From the NCBI GenBank assembly GCA_965231105.1, contig OZ246417.1, positions 704,908 to 768,907 on the forward strand: a stretch of 64,000 nt of DNA, given 5' to 3'. Under the pieces are notes generated by a model that was not told the DNA's origin, did not search any database, and saw only the letters and a list, made by a program, of their open reading frames with translations. Shown one piece after another: positions 1-9,653 of the stretch. How positions within the stretch are numbered: the stretch's first letter is position 1; each line of letters begins with the position of its first letter. The stretch comes from an uncultured Candidatus Saccharibacteria bacterium. GTDB lineage: Bacteria > Patescibacteriota > Saccharimonadia > Saccharimonadales > JACDBH01. Position numbers and translations under genes: made by a program.

Positions 1-293
1 CAGCGCTAAATGTTAAATACCGTGATGTTCGCTCTGCTTTACCGTTTCTTATTCAAATAGCCTTCTTCGTAACACCTGTTATTTATCCTATTTCTATGAT
101 TCCAGAACGTTACCAACTTTTTGCCTATATCAATCCCATAACCGGTGCTATTAGTAGTGTGAAGGGGGGGCTGTTTGGCACGCCAATTAACTGGGTGGGG
201 CTTTTGATATCCTGGCTAACTGCCCTTATCTGCGTAGCGATTGGTTTATGGTATTTTAAGCGAACCGAGAAAGGCTTTGTTGATATTCTATGA
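1..293 (+). CDS. ABC-2 type polysaccharide/teichoic-acid export permease, C-terminal fragment (gene begins upstream of window)
   Basis: Frame 3 is open from the window edge. The translation ALNVKYRDVRSALPFLIQIAFFVTPVIYP...WYFKRTEKGFVDIL looks like the C-terminus of Wzm/TagG permeases. Its stop overlaps the partner ATPase start (ATGA). Confidence 0.8.
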   Translation, partial: ALNVKYRDVRSALPFLIQIAFFVTPVIYPISMIPERYQLFAYINPITGAISSVKGGLFGTPINWVGLLISWLTALICVAIGLWYFKRTEKGFVDIL

Positions 294-1570
294 GCACACC
301 AGTCATTCAGGTTTCAGGTATCGGAAAATCCTACGACATCTCGCACCAAACGAAGATGCAGGCAAACTACAGCACACTTAAAGACGATCTAACGGGATTT
401 CTTAAGCGTCCTCTTGGCGGTAGAGCAAAGGGCGAAGAGCATGAAACGTTTTGGGCTCTTCGAGACATAAGCTTCGAAGTTAACCAGGGTGAGATTTTTG
501 GCATAGTCGGAAAGAATGGCTCAGGTAAATCAACGCTTTTAAAAATACTTTCGCGTATCGTAGACCCTACCGAAGGACAGATAAAGATGACTGGACGAGT
601 GGCCAGCTTGCTTGAAGTTGGCACGGGTTTTCATCCAGAGCTTACAGGACGAGAAAATATTTTTTTCAATGGTTCTATGCTAGGCATGAGTCGACAAGAA
701 ATTAAGCGCAGGTTTAATGAAATTGTTGAGTTTTCAGAAATTGAACGGTTTTTGGATACACCAGTTAAATTCTATTCTTCTGGCATGTATGTTCGTCTTG
801 CCTTTTCCGTAGCCGCTCATCTTGAATCAGAGATACTAATCCTGGATGAGGTTCTCTCGGTAGGCGATGCAAGCTTTCAGCAAAAGTCATTAAAGAAAAT
901 AACAAATACTATTAAGGAAGGACGGACTGTTATTTTTGTCAGCCACAGTATGGCTACCGTTAGTCAGCTTTGTGATAAAGGTATTCTCTTAAAAGATGGC
1001 CGCATCGAAATGAAGGGAGCTATCCAAGACATCACAAAAAGCTATCTTACAAAGGTGATTGAAGTTGCGTCAAATGAAGTTGATGAGTCGGCAACAGAAG
1101 TTGCGGTGAAACCCGAAATGTATGAGGCAGAGAGCCCTAAGTTAGAATTTACTAAAGTCAAGATCACTAATAGCACCAGTAAAGAAAAGGCTCAGGTTCA
1201 TTTTAAAGAAAGTGCGGAGTTCGAAATTGGTATTAAAGTTAACGAAGCAATGGAGCAACTTCGAGTTGGAGTTGCCATACGAACCTTTGAAGGTGTCATG
1301 ATCTGTATTAACCATAGCGATGAAGACCATGCCCTTAAAGCTATGGACTTAAAACCAGGTAAGTATACTTTCAAAGTAAAACTTCATAATCCCTTGCTGC
1401 CTGGTAAGTATATTATTGGCTTTGGGGCGCATGAAGCAACGGGAAATCGGACAAGTATTTACGCCCCGTCTCTTTTAACTGTTGAGGTTCTTGATAAAGA
1501 TGCCTCCAAAAAACTCGCGCCCGTCCAGGAAGGCGTAGTAATAACAAAAGCAGAATGGGAGATGGTATGA
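290..1570 (+). CDS. Polysaccharide ABC exporter ATP-binding protein with C-terminal carbohydrate-binding-type extension (Wzt/TagH-like)
   Basis: Walker A GKNGSGKST, ABC signature YSSGM, Walker B ILILDE. About 170 aa beyond the NBD (EFTKVKITN...LLTVEVLD) look like the beta-rich pattern of Wzt C-terminal domains. Confidence 0.85.
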   Translation: MSTPVIQVSGIGKSYDISHQTKMQANYSTLKDDLTGFLKRPLGGRAKGEEHETFWALRDISFEVNQGEIFGIVGKNGSGKSTLLKILSRIVDPTEGQIKMTGRVASLLEVGTGFHPELTGRENIFFNGSMLGMSRQEIKRRFNEIVEFSEIERFLDTPVKFYSSGMYVRLAFSVAAHLESEILILDEVLSVGDASFQQKSLKKITNTIKEGRTVIFVSHSMATVSQLCDKGILLKDGRIEMKGAIQDITKSYLTKVIEVASNEVDESATEVAVKPEMYEAESPKLEFTKVKITNSTSKEKAQVHFKESAEFEIGIKVNEAMEQLRVGVAIRTFEGVMICINHSDEDHALKAMDLKPGKYTFKVKLHNPLLPGKYIIGFGAHEATGNRTSIYAPSLLTVEVLDKDASKKLAPVQEGVVITKAEWEMV

Positions 1571-2304
1571 AAAATCTGACAAGCTCAAAATACTGGTCGG
1601 AAAAGCACCCTGCAATAGAAAAGGCTATATTAGACCAAAATTTTCATAATCTTGAATTTTTATACCCTATGCTTGACAAGTATTTTAAGATGTTGAAAGG
1701 CGGAAGCATCGTCGAGTTCGGCTGCGTGCCAGGACAGGGACTTTATAAGGTCAGTGATCGATACGGGCTTGTGCCGCACGGCGTGGATTTTGTTAAAGAA
1801 ATTGATATTGTCGCGGCAATCTTTAGAAAACATTTCCCAAAATCAAGCTTTCAACGCGCAGACTTGTCAAAAGATAAAGTAAAGGGACAGTTCGATATTA
1901 CTATGTCAGGTGGCCTTATTGAGCACTTTGATGACGTTGAAGACATAGTTAAAAAACATATAGCTGCAACGAAACCCGGCGGGATTGTTTTTCTAAATAC
2001 ACCCAACCTAAGCTTTTGGCGTGCCTTCTTTTGGAGAGTATTCGACCCTGCCTTATTGCGCGGCCATAACCCACGTGCAACTGATCTAAAGTATGTAAGC
2101 GGAATCTTAAAACGCAATGGCTGCGAGCTGCTCGATGTAGGATATTTTGGCGATCCGCATATATGGATTGAAAATACAAAAGTCCGCGGTAGCCAAAAAG
2201 CCACCAACTATATCAACCGAAAACTTGAAAAAACAAAACGAAAAAGTGCAACAACTATGCCTTTCGTATACTGGATTGCACGTAAAACTGAGGAGGTAAA
2301 ATGA
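1567..2304 (+). CDS. Class I SAM-dependent methyltransferase
   Basis: Motif I VEFGCVPGQG and post-I acidic residue. The ORF track starts at 1555, but ATG 1567 forms an ATGA overlap with the upstream stop. Confidence 0.7.
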   Translation: MKNLTSSKYWSEKHPAIEKAILDQNFHNLEFLYPMLDKYFKMLKGGSIVEFGCVPGQGLYKVSDRYGLVPHGVDFVKEIDIVAAIFRKHFPKSSFQRADLSKDKVKGQFDITMSGGLIEHFDDVEDIVKKHIAATKPGGIVFLNTPNLSFWRAFFWRVFDPALLRGHNPRATDLKYVSGILKRNGCELLDVGYFGDPHIWIENTKVRGSQKATNYINRKLEKTKRKSATTMPFVYWIARKTEEVK

Positions 2305-2972
2305 ACGTAGCAAAATACATTAGATGGAAAAAGGCACAAGCAGCAGAAAAGCGATCATGGATTGACTTATGGCAGCCGACGACGAGCAAGGAAAATAAGA
2401 AGCAGCAACAGGACGAAATCAAAAAAGGCGAATTCATCATTGAGCAGATGGCGAAACACTTTAAAATTAATCCTAAGAAAGATTGGAAAAAGCTGGCTGT
2501 TTTGGATGTTGCCTGTGGACCAGTAAGTTTTGTGGCGCGCTACAAAATTGGCGAACCGAGGGAAGGCGTCGATCCATTGCGTTACCCTGCGTGGGTCTAT
2601 GAAGCCTATAAAGAACAGGGTTTTAAAGCTCACCGAGTTCAGTTTGAGAAGCTTAAAACCAACCGAAAGTACGACATTGTCACTTTCTATAATGCGCTTC
2701 AGCATTTTGCAGACTTACCAACCGTTGGCCGCAAGTGTGCAGATGTAGTTTCTGCTAACGGGAAAATTTATGTTGTTGAGTATGTAGACATTCCTCCAGA
2801 TGATGCACATATCCAGGTCCTGACCGAAGATGGACTCAATACACTCTTTAAAAATGCGGGCTTTAAAGTTAAGTCAGTAGTTAAACCTGTTCGTCTACCC
2901 GGTCTCGTTGAAATGGGCGGAGGCCAGCCAATCAAAATTTATATGGGTCAGCTGACGCCAATTAAAAAATGA
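2301..2972 (+). CDS. Class I SAM-dependent methyltransferase (second, divergent copy)
   Basis: Motif I VLDVACGPVS. ATGA overlap with both neighbours. Confidence 0.65.
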   Translation: MNVAKYIRWKKAQAAEKRSWIDLWQPTTSKENKKQQQDEIKKGEFIIEQMAKHFKINPKKDWKKLAVLDVACGPVSFVARYKIGEPREGVDPLRYPAWVYEAYKEQGFKAHRVQFEKLKTNRKYDIVTFYNALQHFADLPTVGRKCADVVSANGKIYVVEYVDIPPDDAHIQVLTEDGLNTLFKNAGFKVKSVVKPVRLPGLVEMGGGQPIKIYMGQLTPIKK

Positions 2973-3949
2973 AAATACTACTTGTTGGACCAGGAATCAT
3001 GCCCATACCCAACGATGGTTGGGGAGCAGTAGAGATTGTTATCTGGCAACAAAAAATTCATCTTGAGCAGCTTGGACACAAAGTCGATATCTTAAACGAA
3101 CGAGGGCTCAAAGCAGCATTAAAAGCACAGCCGTGGCGATACGATATCGTGCACCTTCATTATGATGAGCTTGCTGCGTTTTGGAATAAACTCGCACGAC
3201 GGTTTCGTCTTAGACTCGTTGTGACGACCCACTACGGATACGCTGCCCAACCAGAACGCTGGGACGATTACTATAAGACTATATTTGCTGAACTCATGAA
3301 GAGTCCGGCACTTTTAGTATTAAGCCAGGAGATTGCAAGCACATTCAAAAAGAAAGGCTATACTGGGTGGCTTGAAGTTTTGCCAAATGGCGTTGAAGTT
3401 AAAGACATTGGTTTTAAGGCGAAAGGAAATAAAAAGGCCATTTGCTTAGGGAAGGTAGAGCCTCGTAAACAGCAGTCTTTACTCGCAAAAAAAATCAATG
3501 CGAGCACGGATATTAAATGTGACTTTGTAGGGCCATTAGTTGATGAGACATTCGAGCCAGACAATAAACAAACACGCTATTTAAACACCTGGAAACGCGA
3601 TGAAGTCCACAAAAATCTTACCAATTATTCGTGCCTTATTTTAGCAAGTGATGGCGAAGCACACCCGCTTGTGGTGTTAGAAGCAATTGCCGCGGGGCTC
3701 TCCGTTGTCGTAACCGAGGAGGCCGCAGCAAATTTAGATCGCTCTTTGCCTTGGGTGTATGTAGGTAAAACCATTAATGCCGATCTACTAAAAATGATTC
3801 GTGCTGCAATAAAGAACAATGATCCTCACCGCAAAGAGATACGAGAGTACGCTGAAACACATCATGATTGGAATGTAGTAGCAAAACGGTATATTGAAGT
3901 TATGGCTGATCGCAAGAAAAGGAGACGACGTGCCACAAAGAAAGCATAA
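2969..3949 (+). CDS. GT-B fold glycosyltransferase (GT4-like)
   Basis: E-x7-E motif GEAHPLVVLEA near the C-terminus. N-terminal MKILLVGPG...GWGAVE is typical of GT4. Basic tail KKRRRRATKKA. Confidence 0.7.
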   Translation: MKILLVGPGIMPIPNDGWGAVEIVIWQQKIHLEQLGHKVDILNERGLKAALKAQPWRYDIVHLHYDELAAFWNKLARRFRLRLVVTTHYGYAAQPERWDDYYKTIFAELMKSPALLVLSQEIASTFKKKGYTGWLEVLPNGVEVKDIGFKAKGNKKAICLGKVEPRKQQSLLAKKINASTDIKCDFVGPLVDETFEPDNKQTRYLNTWKRDEVHKNLTNYSCLILASDGEAHPLVVLEAIAAGLSVVVTEEAAANLDRSLPWVYVGKTINADLLKMIRAAIKNNDPHRKEIREYAETHHDWNVVAKRYIEVMADRKKRRRRATKKA

Positions 3950-4991
3950 ATTGCTTCTCGCTACCAATCCCGCCTACTGGCCTTCAGTTGGAGGATCAGA
4001 GCGTGTCCTAGAGTCCATTCTGCTTGGCGTTCGAAAATCCTTTAAAGACATCGTGGTATTCACTGACTCGACCGACAAAGAGCTTGTACATAATTCTATC
4101 CGAATCATGCCTTATAGCTCCGAAGCATTGCAGGATTTTGCACGCAAACACACACCCGATGTGTATTTCCCTAACATGATTCATAGCCGTATTACCTTTA
4201 AGAATATCGAAGCGGTGAGCGCATTCAGTAAGAAGACCGTCGTAAATATCATTGGTGGCTATGCGCCTGATTCACCACTTGAGCCACGTATTAAGCATCT
4301 GAAAAAACTTGAGGATTTTGCTGATGCAGCAATTCATGTTGATGCACTAAGCACCGAATATCTCATTGATCGCACTATTAACCCTCGTGTTAAATATCGT
4401 TTTATTTCTCAAGGGCTGGATTTTAAAGAGCTACTGCCTTTCCGTAAGTATGTAGGAAAGTCGGAAAAGCCTTACTTTCTGTATGCTCATAACTTATGGT
4501 CGTGGAAAAAGCCTGATGTATTTATAAAAGAAATTGCAGCAAAACTTCCTCACATGAACTTCAAAATTTTGGCTAATGATAAAACGGGTGATTTCATTGA
4601 ACAGACAGTTGAGCTCGCAAAGGAGCATCCAAACATCGAGGTCTTGCTTGGACTTAATCGCAAAGATTTCTTAAAGACACTTGCAGAAGCATCTGGGGTA
4701 GTCTCAACCAGTTCAATTGAAGGAGCGCAGCCTAACATATTATTAGAGCTCGGCTTTTTGGGTGTACCATACTTCTCGCTGTGTCCAGGACAAAACTACG
4801 GCCATTATCCCCATGTAGAAATGTTCTACTCTTTAGAAGAAATGCGAGCCCGTCTTACTTCACTTAACACATCCGTATTTACAGAAAAAGCAAACGAGCT
4901 AAAACTCGCAACTGAATTTTTTAGCTCTTCCCGTTTTGACTGGCAAGAAATCATTGAAGAATACCGAAAACTGTTTGAGGAGGGTCTATGA
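3930..4991 (+). CDS. Putative GT-B fold glycosyltransferase
   Basis: GGSERV near the N-terminus and an EGAQPNILLE acidic pair near the C-terminus. The ORF track begins at TTG 3894; GTG 3930 follows AAAGGAGA and is the more likely start. Confidence 0.5.
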   Translation: MPQRKHKLLLATNPAYWPSVGGSERVLESILLGVRKSFKDIVVFTDSTDKELVHNSIRIMPYSSEALQDFARKHTPDVYFPNMIHSRITFKNIEAVSAFSKKTVVNIIGGYAPDSPLEPRIKHLKKLEDFADAAIHVDALSTEYLIDRTINPRVKYRFISQGLDFKELLPFRKYVGKSEKPYFLYAHNLWSWKKPDVFIKEIAAKLPHMNFKILANDKTGDFIEQTVELAKEHPNIEVLLGLNRKDFLKTLAEASGVVSTSSIEGAQPNILLELGFLGVPYFSLCPGQNYGHYPHVEMFYSLEEMRARLTSLNTSVFTEKANELKLATEFFSSSRFDWQEIIEEYRKLFEEGL

Positions 4992-5869
4992 TAATCGTAC
5001 GATTAATGGGTGGCCTTGGTAACCAAATGTTTCAATACGCCACTGCACGCCGTCTTGCGGACGCCCGAAAAACAAAATTGTACATAGACGCATCGTGGTT
5101 TGAAACTGCAAAGAATATCGATACACCTCGCACATACGAACTTGGCTGCTTCAACATACAGGAGCGATTCATATCTCCCAATAAACTTTTACTTGTTGAC
5201 AACAACGAAAAGAGAAGTTTAAAACGAAAAGTATATCTTCACACAAAAGCAGCTCTTAAAACAAAAGTGCACCCGTATAAAGAAGAGGTGGAGAAATTTC
5301 ATAAAGAGGTTTTCTGGCTTCCGGACAATACATTTTTAGAAGGCTTTTGGCAATGTGAAAATTATTTTGTTGGGGCACGTGACATTATTCTTAAAGATTT
5401 TTCATTTAAGAAACCGCCGACGGGCAAGAATAAAGAGCTGCTAAAAGAAATCGAATCCTCTAATGCAGTCTCGCTGCATGTTCGTCGGGGAGACTATGCC
5501 AATATCAAAACCGTAACCCAATTTCATGGACTCATGGGTCTTGATTACTACAAAAAGGCGATCGAACTTATTGCGAAGCAAGTCAAAAATCCCCATTTCT
5601 TTGTTTTCTCAGACGAACCAGAATGGTGCAAAAAGAATCTAAAGATCGACTACCCAACTACATACGTTTCTCATAACAAAGACGGTTCGGAAGATATGCG
5701 TCTTATGTCTCATTGCAAGCACCATATTATTGCCAACAGCTCGTTCAGCTGGTGGGGAGCGTGGCTTAACCCGCGCAAAGATAAAATCGTCTATGCTCCC
5801 AAAGTCTGGTTCCAGGTCAAACACCCTAACGCAAAGGACGTTGTGCCGAAATCATGGCAAAGAATATAA
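4988..5869 (+). CDS. alpha-1,2-fucosyltransferase (glycosyltransferase family 11)
   Basis: N-terminal GGLGNQMFQYA and the HVRRGDY motif, plus SSFSWWGAWL. These are the hallmark GT11 motifs. Confidence 0.85.
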   Translation: MIIVRLMGGLGNQMFQYATARRLADARKTKLYIDASWFETAKNIDTPRTYELGCFNIQERFISPNKLLLVDNNEKRSLKRKVYLHTKAALKTKVHPYKEEVEKFHKEVFWLPDNTFLEGFWQCENYFVGARDIILKDFSFKKPPTGKNKELLKEIESSNAVSLHVRRGDYANIKTVTQFHGLMGLDYYKKAIELIAKQVKNPHFFVFSDEPEWCKKNLKIDYPTTYVSHNKDGSEDMRLMSHCKHHIIANSSFSWWGAWLNPRKDKIVYAPKVWFQVKHPNAKDVVPKSWQRI

Positions 5870-6813
5870 CCCTCTCGTTTCCACGCGTCACCGTACTTAT
5901 GAGCGTGTATAATGCCGAGGATTTTTTGCATGAGGCAATCGATAGCATTCTTAGTCAGACATTCACCGACTTTGAGTTTCTCATTATTGATGACGGTTCA
6001 AAAGATAAAAGCTTGAGCATTATTAAAAGCTATAAGGATGAACGCATTCGGCTTATAAGCCGTGAGAACCGTGGGCTTGTCGCATCATTAAACCAAGGTA
6101 TTAAGCTCGCAAAAGGTGAATTTATTGCTCGCCAAGATGCTGATGATATATCAATTCCTGAACGACTCGAAAAAGAAGTAGCCTATTTAGATGCACATCC
6201 GAAAGTTGGTCTTGTAGGCAGCAATTATGCCCATATCGATCGTAAAGGTAACCGAACCGGAACGGTGACAAACGTCTTTACTCGACCCCATGATTTAAAA
6301 TTAACGCTCATTACATGCAATCAATATGGCCATGGTTCGGTTATGATGCGAAAAGATGTGCTAAAAAAAGTTGGCGATTATGATAAATCGGTAGGGCATG
6401 TAGAGGACTACGATTTATGGGTTCGTATAAGCCGTGTTGCTGATGTCGCTAACATTGAAGAGCCTTTATACTTATGGAGAAAAACTGAAGAAAGCATCTC
6501 ACACAGTAATCTCGATTTACAGATTCAACAAACATTTGCTATTCGTGATAAAGCTTTCGAGCATTTCCTCAAGCACCGCCGCTCATATCGCATACTGTAT
6601 TACCGTTCTAGTGGGCTCCGGTATCGTGAACGAAAAGCGATTTTATATCGAGATCTTGGCTACTTATATAGGGCCCGTGATCGTTGGTTTGGTGCTTTCT
6701 GTATGGTATTATTGGCAATACTTTTGCAGCCACGAAACAAACTTAATTACCGGTATTTACTAATCGCGGTATACAAACCGCGTTTTGACCGTTGGGGGTA
6801 CGAATTCCTATGA
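5854..6813 (+). CDS. Glycosyltransferase family 2
   Basis: VLMSVYNAEDFL, IIDDGSKD and QDADD (DxD) motifs. Hydrophobic C-terminal segment. Confidence 0.85.
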   Translation: MAKNITLSFPRVTVLMSVYNAEDFLHEAIDSILSQTFTDFEFLIIDDGSKDKSLSIIKSYKDERIRLISRENRGLVASLNQGIKLAKGEFIARQDADDISIPERLEKEVAYLDAHPKVGLVGSNYAHIDRKGNRTGTVTNVFTRPHDLKLTLITCNQYGHGSVMMRKDVLKKVGDYDKSVGHVEDYDLWVRISRVADVANIEEPLYLWRKTEESISHSNLDLQIQQTFAIRDKAFEHFLKHRRSYRILYYRSSGLRYRERKAILYRDLGYLYRARDRWFGAFCMVLLAILLQPRNKLNYRYLLIAVYKPRFDRWGYEFL

Positions 6814-7823
6814 AAGATCAGCCAGCCGTTGATGTTATTATCCCAACCTACAATGGTATGCCGTGGCTGCGCGCCACCATAGATAGTGTTCTCTCACAAA
6901 CTCACCGTAATCTTAAGCTGTATGTAGTTGATGACGGTTCTAAAGACGACACGGCGAAGTATGTGAAGTCTCTAAAAGACAAACGCGTGACGTATATCAA
7001 GAAGGCCAATGGCGGACAATCAACCGCACGAAATTTAGGTATTAAAAAGTCTGACTCACCCTTCATCGCCCTACTCGACTCAGACGATATTTGGTACCCC
7101 GAAAAGCTTGAAAAGCAAATGGCCATTATGGCTAAAAAGCCTGATGTCGGTATGGTGTATGGACATCATTACCTCATCGACGAGAATGACATTATACAAG
7201 GTAATCTTCGTCATTCTTTCCGAGGAAATATTTTTGATAAGCTCTGTACCGGAAATTATATTGCAGGTAGTGCCAGCATGGTACTGATTCGACGTGACGT
7301 TATTAATGACGTTGGTTTGTTTCGCGAAAACTTTCTGATCGGCGAGGACTGGGAAATGTGGCTTCGCATTGCCGAAAAATATGAAATTGATTTTGTACCT
7401 GAAATTATTGCCGCACTGAGACAAAGAAGTGATGGCATGCAAACAAACCACAAAAAGATGGCAGATGGTCTTATGAGCAATTATGAGTTTATGAAAAAAG
7501 AACTCAATCTAACCATCGCTCAAAAGCATGCACTTGCATCATATTCACTTTTTCATGCAGCAACGGCTTATCGCGCAGTTGGTATGCGCAAGGAAGCCAG
7601 ACGAGCTTTTCTTAAATTATTCCGAGAATATCCACGTGCAGCATTTAACTGGCAGGATTGGAAACCGCATTTTGGAATTGGGATTTTCTCGCGTGTGATT
7701 TTTGGCAATCCAGTCTTTGACGTTATCGGTAGAGTGATTGGAAGAATTATTCGCATCTTCAAAAATATTATTAGATTACCACTCCGGGCCTTGCTATATA
7801 TTTACCGTAAACGTCCGGTATAA
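6810..7823 (+). CDS. Glycosyltransferase family 2
   Basis: VIIPTYNG, VVDDGSKD and LDSDD motifs. ATG 6810 overlaps the upstream stop (ATGA); the ORF track TTG 6792 is less likely. Confidence 0.85.
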   Translation: MKDQPAVDVIIPTYNGMPWLRATIDSVLSQTHRNLKLYVVDDGSKDDTAKYVKSLKDKRVTYIKKANGGQSTARNLGIKKSDSPFIALLDSDDIWYPEKLEKQMAIMAKKPDVGMVYGHHYLIDENDIIQGNLRHSFRGNIFDKLCTGNYIAGSASMVLIRRDVINDVGLFRENFLIGEDWEMWLRIAEKYEIDFVPEIIAALRQRSDGMQTNHKKMADGLMSNYEFMKKELNLTIAQKHALASYSLFHAATAYRAVGMRKEARRAFLKLFREYPRAAFNWQDWKPHFGIGIFSRVIFGNPVFDVIGRVIGRIIRIFKNIIRLPLRALLYIYRKRPV

Positions 7824-7826
7824 CTC

Positions 7827-8753
7827 ATGAAAAGCGCGCCGCTCGTTTCTGTAGTCTTACCGGTATACAACGGTGAGATGTATATTGCGCAAGCAGTAGA
7901 CTCTATCCTTAACCAGACCTTCAAAGATTTTGAATTAATTGTTATCAATGATGGATCAACCGATAAAACGGCTGAGATTTTAAATAAATACACCGACCCT
8001 CGGTTGCAAATTATTACGCAGGAAAATAAGGGCCTGGTAGCTGCCCTTAACCGCGGCATTGAAGCTGCCCGTGGAACATATATTGCCCGCCAAGACGCTG
8101 ATGATGCATCGTTGCCTGAGCGTTTACAGTTACAATCTCACTACCTCCAACAACACGCAGAAACAGTTATTGTGGGCTCCTCGATGAGCGTCATGAATAA
8201 GCAGGGCACTATTACTCATAAGCACTCAGTCTTATTGCATGATCCAGAATTAAGACAAGAGCTTCTGATCCGATCGCCGTTTGCGCACGGTTCGGTAATG
8301 TTCAAAAAATCTGCGGCTTTGACGGCGGGGCTCTATCAACAAAATTTTTGGCCTGCCGAAGATTATGAATTATGGCTAAGACTGAGTGAGCACGGTAAGC
8401 TTGCCAACCTCGACGATTATTTATACATATACCGTGAGCACAGCGGGGGTATATCAGCCTCAAATCAAAAACGGCAACACGATGCGGTAGAGCTGGTTCA
8501 TAAGGCTGCCTGGAGTGTTCGGCATCGACTCGTGGGTGGGCAGAAAATATCGCTCGGAACATACAAAAAACTTGAGGATGGGCAACAGCGGATTGAGCGA
8601 GTTCTTAAAAATATCAGCAGCGTTTCAGCCGCAGCAAAGAAACAAAAAGATCTTAGGTTTGCCGCAAAAAATGCAGCCTTGTTGGCTGCTAGCCCTTTAG
8701 CGTATCGTAAAGTTGCCGGTATAATAAAGCGAAAACTAAAAAAGGATTCTTGA
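7827..8753 (+). CDS. Glycosyltransferase family 2
   Basis: VVLPVYNGE, VINDGSTD and QDADD motifs. Paralogous to 5854-6813. Confidence 0.85.
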   Translation: MKSAPLVSVVLPVYNGEMYIAQAVDSILNQTFKDFELIVINDGSTDKTAEILNKYTDPRLQIITQENKGLVAALNRGIEAARGTYIARQDADDASLPERLQLQSHYLQQHAETVIVGSSMSVMNKQGTITHKHSVLLHDPELRQELLIRSPFAHGSVMFKKSAALTAGLYQQNFWPAEDYELWLRLSEHGKLANLDDYLYIYREHSGGISASNQKRQHDAVELVHKAAWSVRHRLVGGQKISLGTYKKLEDGQQRIERVLKNISSVSAAAKKQKDLRFAAKNAALLAASPLAYRKVAGIIKRKLKKDS

Positions 8754-9652
8754 TGAGCACTCCCGATATATGCGTGGCTATCCCTACCTTCAATCGTGAA
8801 GAAGTTCTGGTAAATACCATCCGCGATGTGCTCAATCAGTCTCATAAGAATCTTGAGCTCCTTATTGTTGATCAGACCGTTAAACATAAGCCTGAGACAG
8901 AAAAAGCTCTTGCAGGCGTTAAAGATCCTCGTTTTCGCTATATCAAGGCAGATCCGCCATGCCTACCCGCTGCCCGTAACTTTGCACTTCGTGCCGCAAA
9001 GGCACCTATCGTTTTATTTCTTGATGATGATGTAGAACTAAAACGCGATATGGTCGCTCAGCATCTTGCCGCATTTAAGGCACACCCCGATGTAAGCGCT
9101 GTGGGCGGACGAGTATTGCAAAAAGATTTTCCTATTAAAAAAGACGTCTTAAAGTTTGATGAGTTTGCTATTTCACACGGAGTTTTTACAGCTACTCACG
9201 CCAACTATACCAACGCCTTTCCTGGTGGGAATCATGCTATTAAGGTCGAAGATGCATTAGCTGCGGGCGGTTATGATACACGCTTTTATGGCAATGCTTT
9301 TCGCGAAGAAAGTGATATGTCCTTAAGACTCAGTCGTATGGGCAAAAAGATTTATTACGAACCAAAAGCAGAGATGCTTCATTTAGCAGCACACTATGGT
9401 GGGGTAGAGTCGCGTGTAAAAGGACACATCTATGATAATCATCGTTTTTATCGCAACGAGCTTTTCTTCACTATAAGAGCAGTGCAGTTAAAAAATCTTC
9501 CCCGTGCACTGCGACGTAAATATCGTGAGTACTGCGAAGTACCCTCTAAAAAAGTTAGACTTAAGCGCAGTGTATTTTTTGGGCTTGGTTTACTGGCGGC
9601 TTTCTGGCGTTCACTATTTGGCCGACAGATCATTACAAAGGAGCGTTCGTAA
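8753..9652 (+). CDS. Glycosyltransferase family 2
   Basis: VAIPTFNRE, IVDQ and LDDDV motifs. ATG 8753 overlaps the upstream TGA (TGATG). Confidence 0.75.
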   Translation: MSTPDICVAIPTFNREEVLVNTIRDVLNQSHKNLELLIVDQTVKHKPETEKALAGVKDPRFRYIKADPPCLPAARNFALRAAKAPIVLFLDDDVELKRDMVAQHLAAFKAHPDVSAVGGRVLQKDFPIKKDVLKFDEFAISHGVFTATHANYTNAFPGGNHAIKVEDALAAGGYDTRFYGNAFREESDMSLRLSRMGKKIYYEPKAEMLHLAAHYGGVESRVKGHIYDNHRFYRNELFFTIRAVQLKNLPRALRRKYREYCEVPSKKVRLKRSVFFGLGLLAAFWRSLFGRQIITKERS

Positions 9653-9653
9653 T

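Noticed and set aside
6434-6763. 109-aa alternate-frame ORF within the GT2 gene 5854-6813, and the 129-aa antisense ORF 8498-8887
   Set aside because: Both are nested in or straddle GT2 genes with clear DxD/DDGS motifs. They have no independent start signals.
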